From: Raillietiella orientalis
Lineage: Eukaryota
DNA length: 64,000 nt
NCBI GenBank assembly: GCA_036172245.1
Contig: JAYWIR010000013.1
Location: 682,001 to 746,000, forward strand
Reading direction: 5' to 3'
In this document: positions 27,901 through 39,315 of the stretch, one piece after another
How positions within the stretch are numbered: position 1 is the stretch's first letter
Layout of the letters: each line of letters starts with the position of its first letter
Made by a program: the position numbers and the translations under genes
Notes under the pieces: generated by a model
Seen by the model: only the letters and a program-made list of their open reading frames with translations
Database searches by the model: none
Told to the model about the DNA's origin: nothing

Positions 27901-30900
27901 GCGTGAGATCCCTCCTCCTTCCAGAGATGCCGCACGCGCGGCACGAGAAAAAATTGCCCGGAAAGCATTCCCGTGATGACAGCGACGATGACGATGACAG
28001 CAAGAAGTAGGAGGTGGGCGATGACAGATGGGGAAGGCTCGCGGAGAGCGGGGCGGTCTTCCGCTGCGGTAGGGAAAAGTCTCCCCCCCCCGTCCTCTCG
28101 TCCCGTCCCCTAGAGAATGAGGGGGGGAGGGAAGGGAGGGGAAAAAACCGATTGACCCCTGAGTGATTCCCCCGGAAAAGGTCGAGTCACACTGGCTCGG
28201 ATGCCCGCGAGCCGCCTGTTATTCCCTGCTTGCTGGGTGGCGGGCGCGTCGCGCGGCTCAGCCGGGAGCACCTTGGCCGGCTCCTCCGCAGGCTGATCTA
28301 AAAATAGAACGACCGGAGTTGCTCCGCGGCGGGCGACGAACGAGGAAAAACCGTCGCCACCGCAGCAGCAGCAGTGCCAGATGTGGCGAGGGAGGGAAGG
28401 CGCGCGCGGCGGCGACATCTTCGGGAACGAGGGGGGGGAGGAGAAGACGGGAAGCTTCCTCCCCACAGGAAGACCCGCCCTGGGGCTCGGTGGGCTTCCG
28501 AGTGGTGTATCCCAGGTGACGTTGGGCCCTCGGCTCCACTAGGTGCGCTTCAGGAAGTCTTCCCGACCTTCTGTCCGCCCCGCGGTTCGCTAGGCTTCGC
28601 CCCCTCCTCCCCTCCCTCTCCCGCGCTCCCTCCAGTCCTCTGGGAGACTTCCGCAGGCGGCGACGCTGGGTCCAGCCGGAGGACCGCAGCCCAGTCGGCA
28701 GAAAGCGAGCCGCTTTTCCGCCGTTCGCGGTGGCGGCCAGCTGGCCGTGACATCATCCGGGCAGGGCGCGCCCACCTCTCGGATCGCGGCCGGACGGCCT
28801 GCGTCCCTGCCTGTTTCACGCCCCTGGCCGAGTTCTTCCCCAGACCGTTTTCTCCCTCTGAAGCGCGCGCCGGGAGCCGGGGGCCTCTCGCGCGGCGCCC
28901 CCGAGCGAGGCGAAGCGTCCTTCCCTTCGAACCGCGGCGCGCGGCCTGGACTGCGGTCGCTAGCGCGCGTGCCCCCTTCGCGCCTCCTCCCAGTGGCGAG
29001 AGCCCTTCCCGAACGTCGCAGGCGCTCTTCCGAGACGGCCACGCAAGGGGAAGCGTTCTCCTGCGGAGGCGCCAGAACGCCGCCGACCCAAAGGAGGTGC
29101 AGAGCGGGCGCTCGGATCCGCCGAACGGCGGCTCCAGAAGGCGATGACGCAAGGGGCACCTATCTCGGGAAGCACGAGGGAAGGAACGGTGATAGTCCCC
29201 TCGTCCTTCCCCGTCCCCCTTCTCCCTTGGGAGATGCGGCGCCCTCTCCGTTTGCGTGCCGCGGGCGCACCTGCTCTGCATATTTAAACCCGGATGTCGC
29301 CGCCGCTTTTGTTTCCCGGGGTGAAGTCCTGCTGCAGCCGATTCCTGGGGAGCAATTACCTGACCATGCTTGACGCGCGTGCTGGTGGCTGTCCACGTGG
29401 CACGCCAATCACCACCTCGTCGGGAGGGAAGGCAGCAGGAAGGAGGAGGACTCCTAATTGCTGAGCTAGAAGGCCGCACCGTGCGGGAGGAGGGGGGGGG
29501 GGAGGTTCCACTCCCCGGTCCCTCCCACGCGGCGCTCCTGATTTAGGGAAACCCGAGACGGTGTTGTGAGGCCACTATCTCCAGCCACCCTCTGGGGTCT
29601 CGCCAGCTGTCTGGGTGGCTGCATCGTGGGGAAGTAAGGAGGGCTTCCTCCCCGCCTCCAGGCGAAGGAGGCCGCGGGAAGAGGATCTGGACGGGAGCGC
29701 GTCGGTGTCCCGAGGAAGGGCTGGCACGCCGGGGAAGTGGTGCGCCCCCATAACGGCAGGAACAGGCAGACTCCCCCCCTCCCCACTTCCCCTGTTCTCC
29801 CAGGCTGCTTCCTCGTCCTTGAAAGTCCTTTGAGAGTCCCTTCCGTTCCGGGCTGCGCGCCCCCGGCCCCAACGGGCCGCGGGCGCGCAGCCTGGCCGCC
29901 ACTGCAAGCAGCTGGTCTTCACGCTCCCCCGCGCGGTCGTCGCAATGCGAGCGGGCGGCCCGACGGGCGATCCGCCCGGCGGGAAAGCGAAATCACGGAC
30001 CTGGAAAGAGCCGTCCCCCCCGACAATGGGAGCAGCAGAGGACAGAAAAGGCCGGGCCGGGGCCGTTTCCGTCCGGATGAATGGGGCGGCTCCCCGACAA
30101 AACCGCTACCTGTCACGGGGGCGGCGGCGGTGCCCTGCGCTCCCAGCGAGAGCCAAGACGGCCGCGGGCGCTCCTCGAGTCGAGGAGGGCGGGCACCGGA
30201 CTGCCGGCGCACGGCGGGAGGGACGGGGAGGGGTCGGAAACGAAGCCGCTGCTCGCGCGGACAACAAAGGTTTCCGCGTCCCGAGGACGGAGGAGTCCTT
30301 CCGCCGGGGCCTCGCCACTGAACCCCCTCCGGCTTCCCCGCGAACGAAGCGGACGCGGGCACTGCCGCTCTCGCGGGCTCGTGGCGGTGGCGCGACGCGC
30401 ACAGCCGTGCGGGAGCGGCGACGATCGTGGCGACGTCGCCATGCGCCGAAGACGGCCGAGGGACTTCCGTGAAAATGCAGCCGGTGCGCGTGCACTCTGC
30501 CTTAGGATGACCTCAGCTCTGCTCCTAGCATGTCTTCGCGAGGCAAATGTGAGCCCCGTCGCCATCTGGTAGCGTCCTTCCCTCCCTCGGGCGGCGAGGT
30601 CCTCTCCGCGCGACATCGCCTCACCAGCAGCCCGGTCATTCCCTGGAGGACCAGCCACTTTCCTTCTAGGAGGGCGCTGCCGACTCTCGCATCTTGCTCC
30701 CGGCCACCTAGGTGGCCACTCTATCCCTCGTTCGCTCCCTCTCTTCCGGCGCTTCTGGAACCTTCCGCCCGCCCTCCCTCCCTCTTCCTGGAGTCCTTAG
30801 GTCCTAAGGCCGGGTTGTGCTCCTGCTCCGGCGGTGGACCTCGTGGGGTTGGGGGGGGGGGGGGCGTGGCTTGGAAGGCGACCTCAGCGCTTCGCTGCCG

Positions 30901-33900
30901 CGGCAACCATCCCGATCTCCCCGAAGCCGCGCGCTCTCGTGGGATCGGGCGCGCAAGACCTCTCCCTCCCTGCTGACCCTGTAGGAAGGCACATCATACT
31001 CGGTTTCCGCCCCAGGCAAAGTTCCTTCGGCAGAGGACGGATGCCAGTGGTCATCGTGCACAGAGCTCGACCCCACCAGCGACAGCAGACAGCAAAATAG
31101 GATGCCCTTTTTTGTCGGGAGAGAGGAGATGCCTTTCGAACGCTTCTCGACCGTTACGAGGTCCCTCGGCCTGGAGTAGGCGCACTTGATCGGTCCTTCC
31201 TTCCGAACGCCTGGAGGGGGCCCTAGATGCAGTCTTCCGGGAAGGCGGGAAGAACTCGAAGCGCGGCGGTGACTCCTGAGAGCGCGCATGAGCGTTGCTC
31301 CCTCTCCAGCACCACCGAGAATTTGCCCTTCCCTCCTCGTCATTGGTCGCTGCCTCAGCGTCACACAGTTGTTGTTGTCGGTACGACCTGATTCGGGCGC
31401 ACGCATTCCCCGCATTCTTGACGCCCCACTTCTGAGATCGAGTGGGTCCTAAGGAGTTCCGATCCTTGGAGCGGCGCCCTCCTTCGCTTTGCCCCCTCCC
31501 CTCCTTCCCCTTTCCCCCTCCGGGAAGTAGGCGGGGAGCGCTCAGCAGCAAGACACGCCGCCTTCGTGGCTCGCCATCCCATTGCCGCGTCCGAGGAGGA
31601 TATTCCCTGCATGGAGCGTTCACTCTTGGCAACCGGGGAGGAACTGCGCTCTCAACGCTTCCGGCAGCCGCGCGCCACGCCTTGCCGGTCCGATGGCGCA
31701 TTCTTCCGCCGCGACGCGTGATCGCGGCCGCTCGCAGCGGATCGTAAGGCGGAGGGGAAGCTCCGCGGGCCTCCAGGAGTCGGGCGAAGTTGCAGTCCAC
31801 GGATCCCTCTGCCCTCACTTGCAACACTTCTAGGTTCCCAGGTGGCCCCTTCGGGGACTTCTGATCGTCCTTGCTCCAGACAACTGACAGGGCACCTCGT
31901 GGACGTCCGGATCCAAGAAACGGTGTTCTCCGTGCGACCTACTTTGGTAAACGTCGCTCCTTAGAGAACAGAGGGGGCTAAAGGAGAATTTGATCGGGAC
32001 GAAGCGAGCAGCGCTTGGCCCCCGGAAGACCAAAAATGACGATGATGGTGGAAGTCACAGTTGTTTCCCTAGAGAAGCGAGAGCCGACCGGAAGCAAACG
32101 GTCGGTCACCCCTCACTTGTGCCCTCAAGGAGCTTTTTGTCCTGTCACCGTGAAGACGCACGGCCAGCCCCGCGCTGAAAGACGGGTTGCCGGAGCGACC
32201 GATCCCAACCGACGCGTTGCGGGTTTCCCCCCGTGTGCCTCCTTTCGTCATGGCAACGCGCACGTGTGCGCCTGGGCATCCCGCATACGTTTCGCGGGTA
32301 CGCTGTGGGCGCGCGCCTCCGACCGAGGCAGCACACAGGACGCCAGCTGACCGGACGGATCTCGCCGGTCACCACGGTGCTCAAAGAGGATCTTCCACGC
32401 CGCCCCCTAGGTTTGAGTTTTCTTCCTCCTTTTCGGAACCTCTTCAGGCTCGGAGGAATTGCCGCACCCATGCCAAAGATATGCCGCCGCTTCTTGAAAC
32501 CGAAGCGCGGTGCCGCCCACCCGGAAGCTGTTCGCTCGGTACTTGAGGGTTAACCTCGTTATTCGCCTCCCTGCCAACCCGCGGATGAGCAATCTGAATT
32601 TCTCTGCGCTTGGACCACGGATGGAATTCGGTCCGCCGACGTTCACGGCCCCCTACCCCTCCCTTCCTCCCGACCACCTGCTCATTTCCGCTCAAGAGCG
32701 TGTCTTCCGCGAATGTGCTCGTCATCCCTAGCAACGGGAGCGGAAGCACACGTGTCGAGGAGGAAAAGCACACGGCACGATCAAGAAACTTGCCAAATCA
32801 TCCCGCAGAGGCTCGTGATGGCCGCGGCGAGACGGAAAATCGATGGAATGCAGGCAGCCAGCCGCGCCGAGCCGTGAGAATTTCGGGAACCGCTCCGGGA
32901 AGAGCCGCGGTGGCGGCCGGGAAGGGTGAACAGCGGACGGACGGATACGCCGGCGCTAAACTCGGCCGGCATCGCCCGAGACAAGGAAAAGACGGGGATC
33001 GGGAAAACTGGGAAGGACGAGACGGGTCCCGGAATCGTTGCGGGCACGAAGAAGGCACGATCCCCGGAAGCGCCGTCCTAATTGGCGAGGACAAGGGAGG
33101 GAAATGGGAAGCGGAGGATACAATCCGACGGAAACCCCATTCGAAAACTCCAGAACGGTTTTCATTCGGGAAGCTCTCGTTCCCGGGCAGAGACAGTTCG
33201 ACGGAACGAAAACGGACGGGGCGCGACGTCCAGGAAGAGAGCAACCAGCGGTCAGTTTTTTCCCTGGAAGTCCAAGTTAGCGTGTGCCAGGCCTCCCGTC
33301 AGCCAGCAGCGCAGAAGGTCGTGGGGATAGAGGCAAGCCGCTCTGTTTCCAGAGGCAACCAGCGCACGAGTGCACAAGGGAGTGCGGCGTGCTTGAAGGA
33401 GCTGAGCGGAGCACTTTCGTGCTTGGAGGCGAAGCACTGCAGCACCGATCCGAAGTAGCGGCAAAGCAAACAGCATCCTGCAAGAATAAACAAATAAATT
33501 TAGGTTTTTCTTTTTTGTTTTAAATTCAGCCACTGTTTTAATTATTCCATGCTTTTTTCGATCACTGCTATTATTATTATTATATATTACATGTTTTTCA
33601 TCGAGAATGCATTTTTTCAAAGTACGGCAGCCACATCGAACCGAAGTCATGGAGAGGGGAGGCGCAAGAGCCAGTGGGTCATTACAGAAGTCCAAAGACG
33701 AATTGCTTTGCTCGGCACGGTTTCCTCCATCATTCTGGAAATCAGGCCGTCCACCAATCACGTCATCCGAGGTTCAAAAAAGGAATCCATCTTCACAGAC
33801 GCGGAAGCGGAGACGCGATTTTTCAGGTTCCCGTGCATCGGGATCGGCACTCCTGATTGATCATCCCGAAATGGGCGGAACAAATCGCGAGCGAGCGAGC

Positions 33901-34316
33901 GAGCGTGCACGATGAGCCCGCGAAAGCCTTTCTTCCCGCGGCGCGCGCGCGCTCTCGGGACGCGCCAAGTACCTGCGCGCTCCCTTTCCCGCAGACTGGC
34001 CGAAGAGGAGGAGGAGCACGGAGAGTGCGGGCTAAGCAGGGAGCGCTCTCCGCACGCCCCCGAGGGGTGTCCTAGAATGCCTCGCTCCTTCCTCCGCCGG
34101 CGGAGCCGCACCTTGGTTGCCGGGCGTCCGCTGAAGCAGCAGCTCCACACGAGGCCGTCGCGGTTGTGCGGCTGCGGATCCACCTCTAAGGGAGGAGATC
34201 TGAGAACTGTTGCCACTGCTGCAGTCTCTTGTTTCTTCTTGGAAAAAAAAGAAGGAAAGAAAAAGAAAGTGGCTGGTGGCGACCTCACGCGAAGATCGTT
34301 ATTACCTGACTAGGAT

Positions 34317-35500
34317 GACACTCTTTGGGGGAGCAGCATAACACTCTTTGGAGTTCTTTTGTTTACTGCTGAAGAACCTGGTGCTGAAGAACTGTTCTTG
34401 TCTCCTATCATAAAGCTCTTTGAGCACCGTCCACACCACCCGAGAGTGAGTGTCAACTCTTCAAGTTAGAGGGCAGCCCCGGTGGGACCACCCTGTGAAC
34501 CCAGGAAGGCTCCAGAGGAAGCTCTTACTCTTGGTAGGGAACCTCAGAGGGAACCCTTGCCCAGGTTGTCCCAGAAAGGGAGAACATCTTCCTCACTCTC
34601 TCCAGGGAGACACCCAGATGGGGGTCTCTCCTCATTTCTCCTCCGAGGGGACACCCCGGAAAGAACCCACTCCCTGTTTCCTCTTTCTCTGAAGAGACAC
34701 CCAGATGGGGGTCTCTCCTCATTTCTCCTCCGAGGGGACACCCCGGAAAGAACCCACTCCCTGTTTCCTCTTTCTCTGAAGAGAACCCCGAGGGGAAGCT
34801 TCCCATTTTCTCTGAAGGGCACTCTCCGAAGAGCGCTGACACTCAGGAGAGGCATTCTTAAAAGTGAGGGGGGGGACCGACCAGCCCCATGGAACACGAT
34901 GCACGGTTCCCTTTTCACAACCGGAGGGGAACACCGAAGGGCCTCTTGATGTCAACTTTCAAGCCCGGCCGGTCGAAGGGGGCAACCGAGGGCAACCAGC
35001 ATCACCGTGTGGGGGGGATGCTCGAAACCCACGACGCAGCCCCTGTTCTCGACGTATCTATCCTTCCCCCAGGACGGGATTCGAACCTGCCACGTCGGGT
35101 GCCGCAGGCTCACGTCCGCCTCCAGCATGTGGTCTGCTGGCAGCGCCGGGACGTGCTCGCAGCCGCCCGGAGTTGACTCGGAGCAACGGCCACCCCTCCC
35201 CCCCCATTTGCTCCCTCCGAGCCGCGCAGCCGCCTCCAACTCCGCTTCTTTCTTGGCGAGCAGCCGCCTCTTCCGCGCAGCTTGCAGGGGCAAGCGGTTT
35301 CTCTCTCTCATCCAAGTGGACCGGATGAGCCCGGTGGCGCCCTCCGACCCGGCCAGCGGGAAGACCGGGAGAGAGGTGAGTCTCGGCCGGTGGTCGGTCT
35401 TCGGAGCGGAGCAGCTGGCGTCGGCGGTCGAGATGCCCGAAGCGGTGGGAAGGGAGGCGGAGGAGGGAGGAAACGGCCTGCAGATGTCGGGTCTGAGGTC
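34317..35500. mobile_element. Unclassified interspersed repeat, copy A (hairpin-rich; LTR- or SINE-like)
   Basis: Colinear similarity with 50141-51180, e.g. ctgaagaactgttcttgtctcct / ctgaagaaccgctcttgtctcct; aactcttcaagtt in both; cagccccatggaacac / cagccccatggtacac; gtcaacttt; tcgaacctgc; ccgcctccagc. Boundaries approximate. Confidence 0.75.
34607..34784 (+). repeat. Perfect 87-bp tandem duplication inside repeat copy A
   Basis: Unit gagacacccagatgggggtctctcc...ctctttctctgaa at 34607-34693 repeated identically at 34694-34780, followed by gaga. Confidence 0.95.
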
Positions 35501-38474
35501 ACGGCGCGCCGTGCCACCGCTGACGCGTTGCGCTTCCATGGAGCTCACGGCTCACATGTGACCATCGCATGGGAGCTTCTGACTGATCCCAGTGCATCGC
35601 GCGACTGCCGCCTCACGGATGGTCAAGCCATCCGGGGAATTGAAGGACCGAGGCAGAGGCAACACCCGGGTCCAGAAAGATGCGAGTGCTCGGGGAGGGT
35701 CTCCACCCAGAAAGGAAGAATCCTCCAAGACGCTTCGTGGACGCAGGTCCGCCTCGACAAGGAAGGACGACGCTCCAGGGATCCAGCGTTCTGGAAGAAC
35801 TCCCTGTTCCGTGTTGAAGACAGCAGGAACGGCAATGAACCTCACAACCAAGCAGTCTTTGGCTTCGAAACCAGTCTCCACGGCAGTCACCGTGGGTGTC
35901 CCTGGAGCTAGCATGGATCGAAGATGTTCCAATGGAGTACAGATTGGTGATCAGATCCGGTTGAAAACTGCAAAGGAACTGACAAAGAGTAACTGAGGAG
36001 AGACTCATTACTTCCGGGCGAGCGCCAGCAACCGACCAGTGCCTGCCTTCGACCCTTCCGCACTCGTATTTTGTCCTTCGGCAAAAGAAAGAAGAAAGGC
36101 GGACCATTTAGAGGGCCACTTCTTCCTTAGTGTGACGAGACGAGGGTGCTGCTGCTCTCCTCCACCTCAGTTCAGCTCCAGCCGGAGGGCATCGTCACAA
36201 CAGCGGATCGGGTAGGAAGGCGGCGTCACCTGGAGGATCCTCCTGGACGTAACGCCGTCGACCGACGTGGCACAAGATCCGTTCTGTAGCTGAAAGGCCG
36301 ATGGTGTCGCGCCAGACCTCAGCGCCGATCCGGAGAGATTGGTTCGTCCGCCTCAGCGGGAGAGAAAAGGGGAGGGAACCAGAAATCAGCAAGAATCAGT
36401 CGAAGAAGATCGTTCCCGGCAGCATGGACGCTTCCTTACAGCTGCCGCTGGCGACCGCAAAGCGGCCGGTCTTTACGAAAGGGTTGTTAATGACGGTGTG
36501 CCCATTGGAGAGTAACCCTCAGCAGTAGTCGGCACGTCGGTAAATCTCGAATGAGGGCACGGAGGAGGATGGCCAGTGGTGACCGCATCCCACTGCTCGT
36601 TCCGCCGTGCGCAACAGCGGTCAAGCGGCGAGGCAAACGGGAAGACAAAGCCAGCGCAGGGAAGTTTCGAGTGGACGGGAAAATGGTAGGAAGTTGCCGG
36701 TGGATGCGCTCGAAGATGGCAAAGCACCAGCGGGTGCGCCACTTTGTTCCCTCGGGATGTGGCTCCTCCTCCGCGCAAAGCCTCGAACCGAGAAGGACGC
36801 CCGGAACGGCGCGGCTCTGGAGCAGCCGGCATGGAGCCGAGACGCCAAGGTCAAGGCGCGAAAACCGGCGGCTGCGAGCGCTGACCAAACCGAGCCATGG
36901 GTGGGGCCGGTCGAGAGAGCAGCCGAAAGCGGCCGCTCGCGCGCTGCAGTCGTGAAAGGCCGCTCTCGCGGAACTTCGATCTCTGCTGCGCCACTGCGCT
37001 GCTTGGCGCAGGATTTCCAGACGCCCACGGGCGAAGCTGTGGAGCGGCGGCGAGACCGTTAGAGAGTTGAATAGAGGAGGGGGGGGAGGAAGCGAGACGG
37101 CAGCGACATCCTGAGTGCGGAGGAAACTGCGACAAAAGAGAGGTACTTTTTCTCCTCTCGGGAAGAGGAAAATCTTCCCACTGCATCGGACGGTGACCAA
37201 GGAAATGCATTCGCAACAAGGTCGGAGCCAGCCACAGGAGCGCCCTCACAGCGAAGAGGGCATCCGTCTCGATGAGCCGTGGTTCAGCGAATGTCTGTAG
37301 ATGCAAGGGTAACAGGTATGTAAACGCGCACGTGTACAATCCACAAGAGTACCCGTTGATCAAACTGTCAGGAAAAGGGGGGGGGGGGGGGGAGAAACAT
37401 TCGAAGCTTCATCAGAGTGGAGATTGGCGGTGCAGACGGAAGACGGAGATGGAATGCCCGAAGCAGGAAGTTTGGGGTGGGTCCGGCCTCGCAGCTTTTT
37501 CCGAGCTCGAGATTCTTCCGTGGAAGTTGATGGATGGTCGCGGGTTGCAGGGATGCCTCGCGCGCGGGAGGGGGAAAGAGCGCTTCCGAGGTGAGGAACG
37601 AGTTTTCTCCCGGGGATGAGAGCGTCGCGAATGCCGCCGATGCCAGAATGCACGCACGCAAAGTCCCCCCTTTCGCTTCCCAGCCCCCCTTTTCTTTCCG
37701 CGAACTGTTCCCGTTAGGCTTGGAACTCAAGGAACACGACTAAAAGCTGTCTCGGGTCCCATCGAATACCCGAGCGTGGATCTCCTTCAAGACGAAATTC
37801 GAATTGTCTCTTCAACTCTTCTTGTTGTTCTTGTTCTTTTCTTTTTCCTTGGCACACTCGAACCGCACGTGAAAAGATGAGCCCCCCTCCCGCCCCCACC
37901 CTCTCAAAAAAAAAAAAAAGAAGAAAAAAGTGACTCACTGCGTTTCCATCATTTTCACCCGAGGCGTTTTCAGAAGCTCGCACGTCGAGACGACGCAACA
38001 GGAGCGAGCTGCGTTCCTTGCCGCCGAATCATCTTCCATCCCCGCCTGTTGGAAGTTCAGCGCGGGCCTCTGCTCGGGATGCGTTTCGTGTGAAGCGGCA
38101 AAGTAGGGACTCCGCAATCACGGAATCTGCGAGCACCGGCCGGCTGGCCTGCTGGCTGGTGTTTCCCAGAGCACACGAGGCAGAGCCATCCATCATCTTA
38201 CAATCGCACACGAACGAATATTCACGCTATCGATTCAGCACGTTGAGTACCGAAGATTCCAGCGCCCACATATCACATGCGGAGGAAATTGGCCACGGTG
38301 CCTCTTTAGGTAACTATGGCAAATCAAGCTGACGTAACGAATTCAAGGACCATTTTGTTTGCTCAGTATCTCTCTCCCCCCCTCTCCCCCCAATTTTGAC
38401 GAAAAGAAAGAAAGACTTCAATCCAGAAACCTGCATCAGACACCTGTGGATCCCCAAACAAGAAAAGTGTCAGG

Positions 38475-38512
38475 AAAAAAAAAAAACACACACACACACA
38501 CACACACACACA
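38475..38512. repeat. A-run plus (CA)n microsatellite
   Basis: A12 followed by about 13 CA units. Confidence 0.9.
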
Positions 38513-39281
38513 TACGTACATACACAAAAAGAGGCCTGCTATTGGGAAGCCAGGAAAAAATGTGCCAAGGATGTCCCCTTTCTATTTCGAGATTGAGAAA
38601 CGCAGACAGTAACCGGGATCCGGGGTGTTTCCTTCGGAACACCTTCAAATTAGAAAAGACCGACTCACTCGATAAGCACCACTTATTTTCGCAAGGACCA
38701 CGAGGCTTTCTGCTCTGAACGAAGCTGACGCAATGGATGCCTTCCACTGGGTCGAACAAAGTTGGGCGCCTAGGCGAGAATGGAGATCTTCCTGAAACAC
38801 CTTCCACAACAGGATCGCGCACACGCAGCGGCCTCCGAACCGGTGCAATTACAGCAGAAGAGGTACATTTCGAATTGGCCCAGTTGCATTGTCTTAAGCG
38901 ATGATGTATTCCATCAGCGAAGAAGTCAACCGCCGGCCTCCCACAGCACTTATGGCCACAACGACTACAGCTGGCTGGCGATCTCATTTATGATACCGAA
39001 AAGGCGGAAAACAGTTGTCTAATTATGTTCATTAACTTTCTACAAAAAAACAAAATGTTGATGATATGGATTTTGTGTTGCTCTGACATAGGTTATTTGT
39101 GACTGAAAGTTATTACCCCAAAGGGGCAACTGGAATCATATGTAAGAAGTAGGTATTCCCTGGTTTGGAAATCCCCGAATACATACACACATATATATGT
39201 GCCTGGAGAGGTGTCAATATGTCCTTGCCATATATGTATGTATGTGTATACCTGTGTGTGTGTAAATAAACATCGATGTAA

Positions 39282-39314
<33 letters not shown>
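39282..39314. repeat. Compound (CT)n(CA)n microsatellite
   Basis: ctctctctctctctctc directly followed by acacacacacacaca. Confidence 0.9.

Positions 39315-39315
<1 letters not shown>

Noticed and set aside
4000..33460. Dozens of long ORFs in all six frames (e.g. 13802-15220, 14740-15900, 26338-27654)
   Set aside because: R/G/P/A/S-rich low-complexity products expected where stops are rare; no motifs, no consistent splice structure.
34689..34720. CTGAAGA followed by a hairpin, resembling a hammerhead core
   Set aside because: No GAAA after stem II and no stem I/III pairing on either strand.
34607..34784. CRISPR-like repeat array
   Set aside because: Two contiguous identical units without spacers, eukaryotic context, no cas genes.
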